Below the pieces are notes generated by a model. The model did no database searches. It was not told where the DNA came from and saw only the letters and a program-made list of their open reading frames with translations. DNA of 63,643 nucleotides, filler included, from Chiloscyllium plagiosum (taxonomy: Eukaryota), in NCBI RefSeq assembly GCF_004010195.1. It is 4 parts of one record of this genome, joined end to end, with 100 filler letters (N's around TTAATTAATTAA, not from the genome) between each part and the next. Parts side by side here need not be neighbours in the genome. Positions count along the whole stretch, not along the records: positions 1 to 31,285 come from NC_057710.1; positions 31,386 to 41,955 come from NC_057710.1; 2 more parts are not named here. One strand, given 5' to 3'. Positions within the stretch are counted from its first letter, which is position 1; each line of letters begins with the position of its first letter. Made by a program: the position numbers and the translations under genes. Below are positions 26,200 to 39,368 of the stretch, in pieces.

Positions 26200-27035
26200 G
26201 ACTAATGCAGTCCATGTTCAAATGCAACAAGATCTAGGCAATATCCAAACTTAGACTGACAAGTGGCAAGTAACTTCACACCACACAAATGCCAGGCTAT
26301 GACCATCAACAGTAAGAGACAATCTAACTACCATCCCTTGACATTCAATGGTGTTACTATTATTGAATCCCCCACTGTCAACATCCTAGGAGTTATCATT
26401 GACCAGAAACTCAACTGGATTGCCACATAAACACAGTGACTACAAGAGCAAGTCAGAGGCCAGGAATACTCCAGTTAGTAACTCACCTCCTAGCTCCCCA
26501 AAATCTGTCCATCATCTACAAGACAGAAGTCAGGACTGTGATGGATTAGTCCCCATTTGCCTGGGTGGGTGCAGCTCCAAAACAGTCAAGAAGCTTGACA
26601 CCATCCAGGGTAAAGCAGCTCACTTTATTAACATCACATTCACAAGTATCCATTCCCTTCACCATCTATGCTCAGTAGCAGCAGTGTGTACTTTCTACAA
26701 GACCCACTGAAGAAATTCACCAAAGGCCCTCCGACAGCACTTTCCAAATCCATGACCACTACCATCTGGAAGGACAAGGGCAGAAGCTACATAGGAACAC
26801 CATTAAGTTCCCCTCCAAGCCACTCACCATCCTGACTTGAAAATATATCACTGTTCCTTCACTGTTGCTGGGTCAAAGTCCTGGAATTCTGTCCCTAATG
26901 GTATTTTGGGTCAACCCACAGCAGGTGGACTACAGTGGTTCAAGAAGGCAGCTCACTACCATCTTCTCATTGGCAACTAAGAACGGGCAATGAATGCTGG
27001 CCAGCCAGTGACATCTATGTCCCTTGCGTGAATAA
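26200..27035 (+). mobile_element. CR1/L2-clade LINE 3' fragment in the last MCIDAS intron
   Basis: MQQDLGNIQ, ILGVIIDQKLNW, KLDTIQGKAAHFI..IHSLHH motifs; AATAAA tail. Confidence 0.75.
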
Positions 27036-28484
27036 ACAAAACTCCTCCCAATGCTGTCAGGGTCAGAGGCAACTACTGCAGGTGGATTGCTGAGGATAAG
27101 ATAAGTACAATTTTCTCTCTTGTTGGTTGCATCATCATTTGCCACAGACCAGCAAATATATCCTTTAGGACTCAGCCTACATGGTCAATAATAGTGTTAT
27201 CAAGCCACCCTTGGTTGATGGTGATAGTCCTTGCCACCTTTCATTCAATCAGAGTTCATTATGGAGCAAATCATGACAATTTTCTTTCCCCTAAAGATCA
27301 TTACAGAACCAAATAGGTTTTACTGCAATCAATCTTCTTTTTTTCAACTGAAGACTTTCATTGTGCTTTTGCTATATTTATGTGAAACATCTACCACAAG
27401 GAAAAACTCTATCTCTGGACTAGAGGTCCAGTGACCATTTCTCTACTGTCATTGTCTCTCTAGTTTGAAAAGTCATTCCCTAATATCATTCGAGCACTAT
27501 CGCATGGAATTAAGATAAATGTTAATTATTTGAGCAATTACCAATATTTGCATAACTTATATTTCAACAGTATTGTTCAACTATAATTGTATGTCACGCA
27601 TTAATATTATTCTTATTACTATTAGTCTTCAGTTTTGAATAACTAACACTTTTCTTTCTGCCTGAAATGTACAAGATGTACAGTGTACAATTATATGGGG
27701 CCAAAAGTCCCAAATTTGAAATTGCCACGTCAATTTATAGCTAGAAGTATTTTGTTAATCTTGTTTCTCAGGCTTCCAATTTTAAGACCAGGCTTTGATC
27801 AAAAATGTTGACAAAAATATACAGGCTATGTTTTTACATTTTAAAATTTCTGAGAACATGGGCCACTGTAGTTTCAAAGAAGTAATCCAGAAGTTCTAAA
27901 AGTGAACATTTTTGAATCCAATTTGATGCCACAATGAAGTTATTATACTCTGTTAGGTGTGTAACAATGTGAAACTGTCTCTTTTAGTAAGATTCACAAA
28001 TTACATGAAGTGAGGTACATTTGGCAGTGATGCACAAGTAGTTGCACAATTGTGTCCAAGAAGTTCTTCAAGCCTAATTTAGCAATGAGACATATTTGCA
28101 ATCCTTTCCTAATTTGTTGCTTATTTCACACTTATGTTGCTTAAAAGAGCAAAGAATGATTCCTTTTGTTGATTTTCACCAATAGAATAAGTGTTAGTTA
28201 TTTAACCAGTGTAAAACTTATCAGTATAGCTTTGATCAGACAACTTTCTGAAGGCAACGGTTAGGTTTTGCTCTGCTATATGTGTTGTGAAAGCTACCTG
28301 GCTAGTCTGGAACTCAACACACATACAGACACATCCTACTCTCTTACTTTTCAGTTTTCCAAAGTCTTAAAAATGAGTGGATCCTCAAGTTTGTGGACCC
28401 CACCACTTCTTAATGCAGGTATGGGTAAAACCATGCTCCTCTCATAAAAAGAAAACTTGTACTGTAACTGTTTATAATACTTAC

Positions 28485-28595
28485 ATCAAGTATAGATGCC
28501 AAATGTTTTGCCTTACTAGCAAGCTCTTTCAGTTGGACATTTCTTTCCTTCAGTGATACAATTTCATACTGTTTTCTCTTTAAAGTGACCTGCAG
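28485..28595 (-). CDS. MCIDAS: MCIDAS penultimate coding exon (111 nt), geminin-family coiled coil [37 protein letters not shown]
   Basis: Acceptor tttcctattgcag|CTGCAG, donor GAT|GTAAGT. The 37 aa are homologous to recalled human [37 protein letters not shown] and splice in phase 0 onto KLM of the last exon. Confidence 0.93.
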
Positions 28596-29696
28596 CTGCA
28601 ATAGGAAACATGAATTAACCACAAAAGTGAACATTCTACAAAATCAAAACATGATCCCTTGCATTACATTCAAATTGTCAGAGATTTCAATTACATATTC
28701 TGTGAAAATAGGGGTGAAATGTTGGAATCAATTTTACAGAATTTTACAGCACATTTGGAGGCCAATTGGTCTTTTGTTCTGTGTTTTTCTTCAAAAAATA
28801 TCTTCTCCCTATTCTCACTCTTTCCTTGTGCTCTTTCATTTATTTCTTTCAAATATTTTGGAATTCAGCTTAGAGTCATGGAGTCATAGCGATGTACAGC
28901 ACAGAAACATACCCTTCAGTCCAACCTGTCCATGCCAACCAGATATCCCAACCCATTGCTTCTGTCAATTTTTCTGGGCAGGATTTCTATGTCTTAACAA
29001 CTCTGTACAAAAATAACACAAAGAGTTCCTTTTATTTTTTGCTTTAATTTATGGTCTCTCGGTATCAACTCACTGATGTATGGAAATAGATTTTCTTGAT
29101 TCACTTTATCAGAGCATCACTCGCTATAAAGCCTGGAGATCCAAAGATGTTTACAGCACAGAATGGTATCATTCATCTTATCACTTTCAGTTTGGCTCTT
29201 TGTTCAATCTTTCCAAAACCAACAAACATCACTGCCCCACTGTTACTCCATTGTTCGATATCTTCTCCTGCTTTAAATGTTTCTCACTTGTCCCTTTAAA
29301 TATACAATGATTTATACCTCGATGTAAAATTCTTCTGTCGTGTCTTTTCATTGTTCCAGAAATCAATTAAATTTGATGATCTCTTGTCAACTACAATCCC
29401 CTCTAACCAAAGGAAATAGATATTTTATATTTCATAAATTTAAAAGCTTGTACTCTATTTTTTATGTCCCTCTTTTTCTGTAATTGATATAGACCCAACA
29501 TCCCAAATCCCTGCTCATAACAGGAATTTCCATATTTGATACTCACTCAGTAAATTTAGATTTCCTGGTGTATTTGTTTTTCCTTTTCACAAAACTGCAC
29601 ACAAAACTCAGGATGTAGATTAATTTTATGTGGATTCATCACAATTTCTTTAACCTTCTAGCTATGCCCTATTTTTGAACCCAGATTTAAGTTAGT

Positions 29697-29934
29697 CTTT
29701 TTCATAGCATTGCTGAAAATGTGTTGCTGGAAACGCGCAGCAGGTCAGGCAGCATCCAAGGAGCAGGAGAATCGACATTTCGGGCATGAGCCCTTCTTCA
29801 GGTGGGTTCATGCCGAAATGTCGATTCTCCTGCTCCTTGGATGCTGCCTGACCTGCTGCGCTTTTCCAGCAACACATTTTCAGCTCTGATCTCCAGCATC
29901 TGCAGTCCTCACTTTGTCCTTTTTCATAGCATTG
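29697..29934. mobile_element. Palindromic Penelope-derived short insert with 16-bp TSD
   Basis: ~95-bp inverted arms; TSD CTTTTTCATAGCATTG at 29697-29712 and 29919-29934. Confidence 0.85.
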
Positions 29935-30789
29935 TCTACCAACATCTGTGCAATGAAGGAATTTACTATTGACCTCAAAGTCTACATGGCCATTCACACT
30001 CTTCAGCCCTTCTGTTGATATATATGTTCCATACCTTACCTCACATTTATTATATTAAATGCCATTTAAAACCTGTCTCCCATTCCACTAAAATCTTTAC
30101 ACACTCGCAAAATTGTTAAAAGTCATTTAAAATGTTTTTCCAACACTCTATTTTGATCAAAAAGTTTCAAAATGCTGTTCCAATAATCATGTCTAAAAAT
30201 TGAGCATATACCAATGAAATGGTCCCAATTCTGAAAGTTACATCATTATTTTCCAATCCCACTAACACATTTGTCTGCTGTTCACCAGCCACGTTCTGTT
30301 TGAATACATTCCTTCTGACAATGTACATCAGGATGTTCAAGACACTTTCTTAAATCTCCCCTAACAAAACAATGACATTTTAAATACAGCATTGCCTTTT
30401 TCTAATTGATTACTTTCAAACAATTCTGTCAAATTGGACCAACAGGTTTACCTTTAACAAAGCCATGCTGAAAATCATTCATTACTCTTTTCTTTCTAAA
30501 AGCTTCCCAATTAATTCAATTCCATTACTTCTGACATCCTTTTGTTCTATCCAAAAAAGCCTTCCACCTCTGGACTTAGCACTTCTATAACTTTGTCATC
30601 CCCAGATCTCACTTCTCAAGCAAGCTACCCAAAACTGAATCGAATTCATTGTTAAGTAAGTTCGCTGTGTCATTTGTTGTTACTGACCATACCATACAGT
30701 GATCATAAGCAAAAGTTTAAAAATGATAAATGGGCTTCAGTGAAACCCCAATTCAGTTCCTTGAATGTGAGGAGGTACAGCAGTTAACA

Positions 30790-31285
30790 TTGATTTGGAG
30801 ATGCCGGTGTTGGACTGGGATGTACAAAGTTAAAAATCACACAACACCAGGTCATAGTTCAACAATTGGAAGCACACTAGCTTTTGGAGCGACGCTCCTT
30901 CATCAGGTGATAGTGGAGGGCTCGATCGTAACACAGAATTTATAGCAAAAATTTGCAGTCTGATGTAACTGAAATTATACATTGAAAAATTGATTGTCTG
31001 TTAAGCCTTTCATCTGTTAGAATACAGTGATAGTTTCACTTCTTTCATGTGTAAATCACAAAACCTTTTTTAAAAAGTTGCATTCTCGGGTTAGCTGTTA
31101 ACAATGGTGATAGCTAGACAATATGTTGAAGGTGTTGTCCCCCTGTGTTCTCAGTCTATGACCTGATGTTTAGATTGATTCTAATCTAAAAAGTGAGATA
31201 ACAGAGTTTTACATAAATTCATGCAGTTTCTGAACTCAGAATGCATACATGTAGAGCTCTGAGCTGAAAAACTGCATGAATTTAT
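30790..31285 (-). mobile_element. Penelope-like element terminal region running into a gap
   Basis: Same family as the 17565 and 39385 copies (gatttggagatgccggtgttggactggg...). Confidence 0.75.
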
Positions 31286-31385
31286 NNNNNNNNNNNNNNN
31301 NNNNNNNNNNNNNNNNNNNNNNNNNNNNNTTAATTAATTAANNNNNNNNNNNNNNNNNNNNNNNNNNNNNNNNNNNNNNNNNNNN
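31286..31385. other. Artificial 100-bp scaffold gap with TTAATTAATTAA linker (also 41956-42055 and 59504-59603)
   Basis: Identical 44N + TTAATTAATTAA + 44N structure three times; the 12-mer places stop codons in all six frames. Confidence 0.95.
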
Positions 31386-32050
31386 CACACACACACCATG
31401 GGTGCTGGGGAAAAAGTAAGCACTACCACAGTTAGGCGGTAGTGTGGCGGTTAAAGGAGAAAGAAAAAAAACGACTATCAGAAGAAAAAAAAGAAAAAAG
31501 AAAAAAGAAGCATCAGGGGTTCTGTTCATTCTGAGAGCTGGCTCTGAGGGAGCTGGACCTGTGCGTGCAAGAACTCTCCTCCTTGAAGGTGTCTGAGGGG
31601 AAGGGGACTGTCCCTGGACCAGCTGCCCTACATAACAAAATAAATAAACAGGAGTGTCGCCCTTTGATGTGAAGGGCATTGCTTGTCACTGGCCACTCGG
31701 GTGTTTTCCTATCTTCCTGGTGGTGGAAATTGAATAAAGATTCATACACCTTTATACACAGTGTCTTTCACTGTGTCTCACACCTGCACACACACAACAT
31801 GGGTGCTGGGGGGAAATATAAGCACTACCGCAGTTAGGCGGTAGTGTGGGGGAAAGAAAAAAGAAAAAAAAAGGGAAAAAAAGGAATGTCAGAGGTTCTG
31901 GTCTCTTAAAAAAATAAATAAACAGGAGTGTCAAAGGTCATGTTCTCTCTGAGAGCTGCCTCTGAGGAAGCCGGACCAGTGCCAAATACAATGCACGTGT
32001 AACCTGGATAACTTGGTCGCCAGATACCAGTTTCTGTGGCGTTAGTACAA
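31386..32050. repeat. ~400-bp tandemly duplicated repeat unit with internal hairpin
   Basis: catgggtgctgggg...aagcactacc(a/g)cagttaggcggtagtgtgg occurs at ~31397 and ~31798; aaaataaataaacaggagtgtc also occurs twice. Confidence 0.6.
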
Positions 32051-32217
32051 GATGCTTTGGGCTGAATAGCTTTCTTTACTGCAATACTGTACTATGATTG
32101 TAGAGCTCTAATCATATTTCTTCAAGAAGGTAGTGGTTTTTTTGAACCGTTGCATCCTTTGTGATAATATTGCTCCCACTGGGATTGTCCTTTTTCCTCT
32201 TTCACTTTCATTTGATC

Positions 32218-35200
32218 AGTTGTTCAGTTCCTGGAGGCAGTCGGAGAGGTCATGAGGTCACCAGTGAGCAGCAGAGCCTGTCGGGATACCCGAGTATACA
32301 GTTTAAATTTACTTACTTTCAGATTGGGCATTGTTCAGTTCCTGGAGACAGTCAGAGAGGTCACGATGTTACATATTTTGGCAGTTGTTTTACCTGAAAC
32401 ACTACTCGGGTAGTGTCTCCTGCCCATTCTCCTCCTCTAACCAAAAAACAATTTCTGTGCATCAGATCGTAAGGTGACAAATGTTTCCTTTCGTGTTTAT
32501 ATTTCATTGGTCTATTTGGGAATTTAGAATAGTGGGAATGGAGGTTAGGGCAGTTGAATGTTCCTCCTGCAGTATGTGGGAGGTAAGAATCATCTCTGGT
32601 GACCCTGCTGACTTCATCTGCAGGAAGTGCACCCAACTCCAGCTCCTTGAGAACCATGTTAGGGAACTGGAACTGGAGCTGGATGAACTTCAGACCATTC
32701 AGGAAGTGGAGGGGGTTATTGGGAGAAGTTATAGGGAGGCAGTTACTCCACAGTCACGTGAAGAAAGTAGATGGGTTACTGTCAGGCATGGGAAAGAGAA
32801 CTGGCAGGCAGTGCAGGGATCGCCTGTGGTGGTTCCCCTCCACAACAAGTATAGCGTTTTGGATACAGTTGGGGTGGAGCGACTTACCAGAGGTAAGCAA
32901 TGGGGCACAGGTCTCTGGCGCAGAGTCTGTACTTGTTGCTCAGAAAGGAAGGGGGAAGAGGAGCAGAGCTTTAGTGACTGGGGACTCCATGGTCAGGGGG
33001 ACAGATAAGAAGTTTTATGGGAATGAGACAGACTCACAATTGGTGTGTTGCCTTCCAGGTGCCATGGTTTGTGATGTCTCTAATCTGTTTTTGGGATCCT
33101 TGAGGGGGAGGGGGAGCAGCCCCAAGTCATGGTCCACATAGGTACCAGCGACATAGGTAAGAAGAAAGGTGGGGATTTAAGGCAGAAACTCAGGGAGCTG
33201 GGGTGGAAGCTGGGTAGAAAAAACAGAGTTGTTATCTCTGGTTTATTGCCTGTGCCATGTGCTAGTGAAGCAAAGAACAGGGAGAGAGCGGAGCTGAATA
33301 CATGGCTATAGGGATGGCGCAGGAGGGAGGGTTTTGGATTCGTGGATAATTGGAGCTTTCTTGGGAAGGTGTGACCTCAACAAAGAGGATGGTCTTCACC
33401 TAAACCAGAGGGATTCCAATATCCTGGGGGGGATATTTGCTAATGCTCTTTGGGGGGTTTAAACCAATGCAGCAGGAGGGATGGGAACCGGAATTGTCAT
33501 TCTAGTGTAAGGAGGTTGTGGATAGTGAGGTCAGGGATAGGTTTTCAAGCTCACGAGAGGGCACCGGCAAACAGGATGTTGGTTTGAAATGTGTGTCTGC
33601 TTCAATGCCAGGAGCATCCGGAATAAGGCGGATGAACTTGCAGTATGGGTCGGTACCTGGGATTTCGATATTGTGGCCATTTCAGAGACGTGTGTAGAGG
33701 AGGGACAGGAATGGCTGTTGCAGATTCCAGGATTTAGATGTTTGAGTAAGAGCAGAGAAAATGGTAAAAGCAGGGGGTGGGGTGAGGGGGGCAGCTTGCA
33801 TTGTTAATCAAGGGTAGTATTACAGCAGCTGAGATAAAGTTTGAGGACTCATCCACTGGGGTAGTTTGGGCTGAGGTTAGAAACAGGAAAGAAGACTCAC
33901 CCTGTTGGGTATTTTCCACAGGCCTCTGAATTGTTCCAGGGATGTAGTGGAAAGGATAACAAAGATGATTCTCATTAGCAGTGAGAGTAACAGGGTAGTT
34001 GTTATGGGGGACTTTAACTTCCCCAATATTCACTGGGAATACTATAGTTCAAGTAGTTTAGATGGGTCAGTTTTTGTTCAATGTGTGCAGGAGGGTTTTC
34101 TGACACAGTATGTAGACAGGCCAACAAGGGGCAATGCCATATTGGATTTGGTACTGGGGAATGAACCCAGCCAGGTGTTAGATTTGGAGGTAGGTGAGCA
34201 CTTTGGTGATAGTGATCACAATTCGGTTATGTTTACAATAGCAATGGGCAGGGATAGGTATATACTGCAGGGAAAGTGTATAACTGGGGGAACGGCAATT
34301 ATGCTGCAATTAGGCAAGATTTCAGGCAGAGGATGGGGAAGGAAACTGCAGAGGATGGACACACTTGAAATGTGGAACTTATTCAAGGAGCAGCTACAGC
34401 GGGTCGTTGATAAGTATATACCTATCAGGTAAGGAGGTAGTTGTTGAGAGAGGGAGCCATGGTTTACTAAAGAAGTTGAAACTCTTGTGAAGAGGAAGAA
34501 GAAGGTTTATATGAGGATAAGGCATGAAGGCTCAGCTGGGGGGCTTGAGAGTTATAAGTTAGCCAGAAAAGATTGAAAGAGGGGGCTAAGAAGAACCAAG
34601 AGGGGACTTGAGAAGTTATTGGCCGATGGGATCAAGGAAGACCTTAAGTCCTTCAATAGGTATATCAGGGATAAAAGAATGACTAGAATAAGATTAGGGC
34701 CAAAGATAGTGTGGAAAGTTGTGAGTGGAATCTGAGGACATGGGGGAAGTGCTTAGTGAATACTTAACGAGAGTATTCACATTGGAGAAGGGCAATCTTA
34801 GTGAGAATATGGAGATATAGGCTACTTGATTAGATGGTTGACAAAGAGGAGGTTTTAGCAACTTTGGAAGATCTGAAAATAGATAAGACCCCTGGGCTGG
34901 AGGAGATTTATCCTTGGATTCTCTGGAAAGCCAGGGAGGTGATTGCAGAGCCTTTGGGTTCGATCTTTATGTCATCATTGTCAACAGGAGTAGAGCCAGA
35001 AAACTGGAGGATAGCAAATGTTGTTCCCTTGTTTAAAAAGGGGAGTCAGGACAAGCCTGGTAACTATAGGCCCGTGAGCCTTACTTCGGTTGTGGGTAAA
35101 GTGTTGGAAAAGGTTATAAGTGAAAGGATTTATAATCATCTGGAAAGGAATAATTTGATTAGGGATAGTCAATATGGTTTGTGACGGGTAGGTTGTACCT

Positions 35201-36420
35201 CACTAACCTTATTGAGTTCTTTGAGAAGGTGACAAAACAGGTGGATGAAGGTAGAGCATGTGATGTATATGGACTTCAGTAAGGTGTTTGATAAGGTTCC
35301 ACACAGTAGACTATTGCACAAAATAAAGTTTCAGGATTGAAGGTGATTTAGCGATTTGGATCAGAAATTGGCTAGCTGAAAGAAGACAGAGGGTGGTAGT
35401 TGATGGGAAATGTTCATCCTGGAGCTCGGTTACCAGTGGTGTACCACAAGGATCTGATTTGGGGCCACTGCTGCTTGTCATTGTAATTTCACATCATGAT
35501 CTGGATGTGGGCATAGAAGGATGGGTTAGTAAATTTGCGGATGACACTAAGGTGGGCAGAATTGTGGATAGTGCTGAAGGATGTCGTGGGTTACAGAGGG
35601 ACATAGATAAGATGCAGAGCTGAGAAGTGGCAAATGGAGTTTAATGCAGAAAAGTCTGAGGTAATTCACTTTGGAAGAAATAACAGGAATGCAGAGTACT
35701 GGGCTAATGGTAAAATTCTTGGCAGTGTAGATGAACAGAGAGATCTCGGTGTTCAGGTGCATAAATCCCTGAAAGTTGCCACCCAGGTTGCTAGGGTTGT
35801 TAAGAAGGCATATGGTGTGTTGGCATTTATTGCTAGGGGGATTGAGGTTTGGAGCCACAAGCTCATGCTTCAGCTGTACAAGACATTAGTAAGGCCGTAC
35901 CTGGAGTATGCGTGCATTTCTGTTCACCTCATTATAAGAAAGATGCGGAAGCTTTGGAAAGGGTTCAGAGGAGATTTACTCGGATGTTGCCTGGTATGTA
36001 AAGGAGGTCTTACAAGAAAAGGCTGAGGGAACTGAGGCTGTTTTTGTTGGAGGGAAGAAAATTGAGAGGTAACTTAATCGGGATGTATAATATAATCAGA
36101 GGGTTAGATAGGGTGGACAGTGAGAGCGTTTTTCCTCGGATGGTGAAGGCTAACATGAGGGGAGATCATTTTAAATTGATGACTGATAGATGTAGGACAG
36201 ATGTCAGGGGTAGTTTTTTCACTCAGAGTATTAGGGGCATGGAACAGTGTCTGCAACAGTAGTAGACTTGCTGACATTAAGGGCATTTAAATGGGCATTG
36301 GACATACATATAAATAATAATGGAATGGTATAGGTTAAATGGGCTTCAGATTAATTTCATAGGTCAGTGCAACATCGAGGGCTGAAGGGCCTGTACTGCG
36401 CTGTAATGTTACCTGTTCAA
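32218..36420 (+). mobile_element. Essentially full-length but inactivated CR1 LINE (5'UTR, ORF1 zinc finger-esterase, ORF2 APE-RT, 3'UTR)
   Basis: ORF1 CSSCSMWE...CRKC, GDSMVR, VHIGTSD; ORF2 NARSIRNK, MGDFNFP, SDHN, NYRPVSLTS, GVPQGS, KFADD; multiple frameshifts and stops. Confidence 0.95.
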
Positions 36421-37994
36421 TTTGCGTCTCAAATGTGCTCCCATGTCACTTTCTTTTAAAAAAAATTACAAGATTTTGAATCATAAGAAATGATGGTGTA
36501 TGTCCAAATCAGGCTAGCATCTGATTGGAGGGGACATTTCATGGTTTTGTTGTTTTTGCTCTCCTTGTTAGTAAAGATCACAGAGGAGAGAGGTGTTATT
36601 GAAGTAAATTTGGTTTGTTGCTGCACTGCAGCCTGTAGATAGTGCAGCATACAATGAGGGAAGGGTATTTGGGGCATAAGGAGACCGGAATCTATCAGAG
36701 TGAACTATTCCATCTAAGTGAAAGGCATTGTTCCAGGCAGATTGGAGAGCCCGTGAGAATCTCCCACTATTATATCTACTCCAGAGCTGACAAAAGTGAA
36801 CCTGCTGGCTCCTGAGCAGCAGGAAACTAGCTGTTGACTGGTAACATCTGCTACAAAGAGAACAGTGCTTCGCACTTTAGTATTCTCAGTAGTGCAAAAT
36901 TAGAAATTTATATCTGAAAAATGTACTACTGAGTAGTTTTATATAAGATATTACTTGCAACATTTGCCATAGCAGTAAATTCCAATCGATGACAATTGAA
37001 AGCAGATCCCCTGAAACAACTGGGATAATTGCTGATATGTATCCAGTTGGAAAAACAGTATAAGATCTCCAGTTAAGTGACAGTAGCAATGCTTCTTACA
37101 CTACAGTCCCAGTACTGGCACTACTGCCTTCCAATGCGTTTGTCCATTGAGCTGATTTTGCATAGTGATCTTGGAAACCTGCTGGTTAATCTGAATAAAT
37201 CCAGTTACTGCAGTTGGCTTTGCTCACATCCTGCATCAAATCATACAGAAAAAAGGAAAAATGCACGGCAAAAAGTACAGATTTCATACTGAAGCAAACA
37301 GTAAAAGGACCATCCATCAACAAATTCTCTAGTTATTAACATTTAATAGATCCACTTACCTTGAATCTGAGAATAAAATTTGGCACTGAACAAGGACTAC
37401 TAAAATGATTTTTGTGCTTTTGAACAAAATTGTAAAGAACAGCAAAACTAAATAGATTGAATGACCAAATATTTGTTCTAATGTTTCTGTTTGTAAAACA
37501 AAGCAATGGAAGTGTTTTATGGTGAAAACAACAGAACTGAAATATAGGCTAATAGCAGCAACCTTTGAATTCCAAGTGTGCCATAAATTCTTTGCTGAAG
37601 AGTAAATGAGGAGTATGAAAAGAATGAAAGTTAAAAATGAAAATGGAAGTAACAGATCATTTCTAATTAGCAGTAGTGTAAGGTGACTCTGAACTAGTGC
37701 CGACATCATTGGGGAAATCTATGCAATAGGAAGCAGAAGCGAGTTCTTTCATTTGCTGTCTAACTCGAACATGTGGATGTGTTAATTAAGCCTAACTGCC
37801 AAGCGTTGAAGGATGAAGGATTAGAGTTGATCAATGGTTGTTCATATTGCAGTTTTGAAAAATGAGAATATCTGTGGTTTTAACTTTGTGTCTGCTTTGT
37901 CCTGCGACTTGCAGTATGCATTAACATGTTCAGCTTTAGACTTAGAGTTCAGTTTTGAAGCAGTTCTGCACCTCAAGAATAATTTTCTTGAAGA

Positions 37995-38305
37995 GGTGGC
38001 ATAGTGGCTGAGTGGTTAGCACTACCACCTCACACCACTGGGGACCTGGGTACAATTCCAGCCTCAGGTGATTGTCTATGTGCAGTTTGCATATTCTTCA
38101 TGTGTCTGGGTGGGTTTCCTCCCACAGTCCAAAGATGTGCACGTTAGGTGGATTAGCCATGCTAAATTGCCTGTCGTGTCCAGTGATGTATAGGTTAGCA
38201 ATGGGAAATGTAGGTTATAGGGTAGCGAGGTGAGTCTGGGTGGGATGTTCTTTGGAGAGTTGGTGTGGAATTGTCAGGCCTGTTTCCATAGTGTAGGGAT
38301 TCTAT
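37995..38305 (+). mobile_element. tRNA-derived SINE
   Basis: ggtggcatagtggctgagtggttagcact head, conserved core, CR1-like tail. Confidence 0.8.
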
Positions 38306-39368
38306 GAAATGCCCAGTACATCTCTATCTTTGACAGTAAATCTTTTTGGAATTATTATTTTTCTATCCATTTCTTCTTTGTGTTTGCTCTTATCCCTTTA
38401 AAGTTGTTTTACATCTAAAGTACCTCAATGCTGTTAATAACCTGCTACCTTTAGATTTGAATTCTCATGTTAAATCAATGTCTTAAATCTGGTATCCTAA
38501 AGTTTCCTTAAACTTTATGCTCTGTTCTGCAGTTGTAGTATGACAAGTCATTCACTGAGCTTTAAACTCTGTAGGCCAGCAAAGCTGCACTGTATTATTA
38601 TTTATAACCTGAAAATATATTAAATGACAACTGCTGTGCTACTTATTGGGGTTCCCACACCCTATTCAACAGTCAAATCCCAATTTCCACAAACTTCTCT
38701 CACACTCTGCTGTGAAGGTACAGGTTTACTGCTCCTTCATTGGCAAAATGGATGTTTTCCCATCTTCCATGATCCAAAACACAGTACACATCCCTGTTCG
38801 CAGTTCCTTTTTTTAAGACAGTTCTTTAGCTATGGCTTTAATAAATCTTCTCAGTGAAATCCTCAGTGCCATTATCTGCTAAAAGTCTTGAAAATTTTTG
38901 AAACGTGTTTTCTGTTGGGCTCTTCCTCTTATATCTTCCTTTTTGTCCCCTTACATGAACTGTGCCACTTTTGAGATACTGCGACCTCAATATAAACTCT
39001 TTTCTAACCCTTGCTATGTAAACCGTGGCTTTGTTTCATTATCATCACTTCTTATCAGACTCTGGGTATCAACCATGATGCCTGTGATTGGAGTTGTTTT
39101 CTGCCACTCTCTTCAAATAATTCTCCCTTCTCTGTTGAGTCTGATTATCCGTTGAGATTAAACCGTTGAACAGTTTTACAGGAAGAAGCATTTGCCTTAC
39201 ATAACAAGGTGTACTTTATTGCATGCTAGCAATAGGTACAATTAACATTAACTAGTTTTACATAATTACAGCTATTGGAGCATGTCTGTCTCTATGGGAA
39301 CCCTATGCAAGACTGACTGATTCTCTGTCCAAAGACTATGTTACGTCGTCAGATTGGGTGTAGCTAAT

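Noticed and set aside
28022..28029. Additional miR-34/449 seed match (TGGCAGTG)
   Set aside because: Intronic, so absent from the mature mRNA.
24330..28595. GMNC (GEMC1) or geminin as the gene identity
   Set aside because: The TIRTLAFPQGNAFT...FRW terminus and [12 protein letters not shown] coil match MCIDAS; geminin lacks the TIRT domain and the GMNC terminus differs.
31330..31341. Recurrent palindrome TTAATTAATTAA (also 42000-42011, 59548-59559)
   Set aside because: Always centred in exactly 44+44 Ns: an assembly linker, not biology.
37075..37135. Minus-strand AGGCAGTAG... hairpin resembling a miR-449-like precursor
   Set aside because: Seed differs (GGCAGUA) and only ~10 bp pair; too weak for a pre-miRNA.
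37356..37709. 117-aa hydrophobic ORF, and similar short ORFs in the track
   Set aside because: Low-complexity translation of AT-rich DNA or antisense frames of transposons; no recognisable domain.
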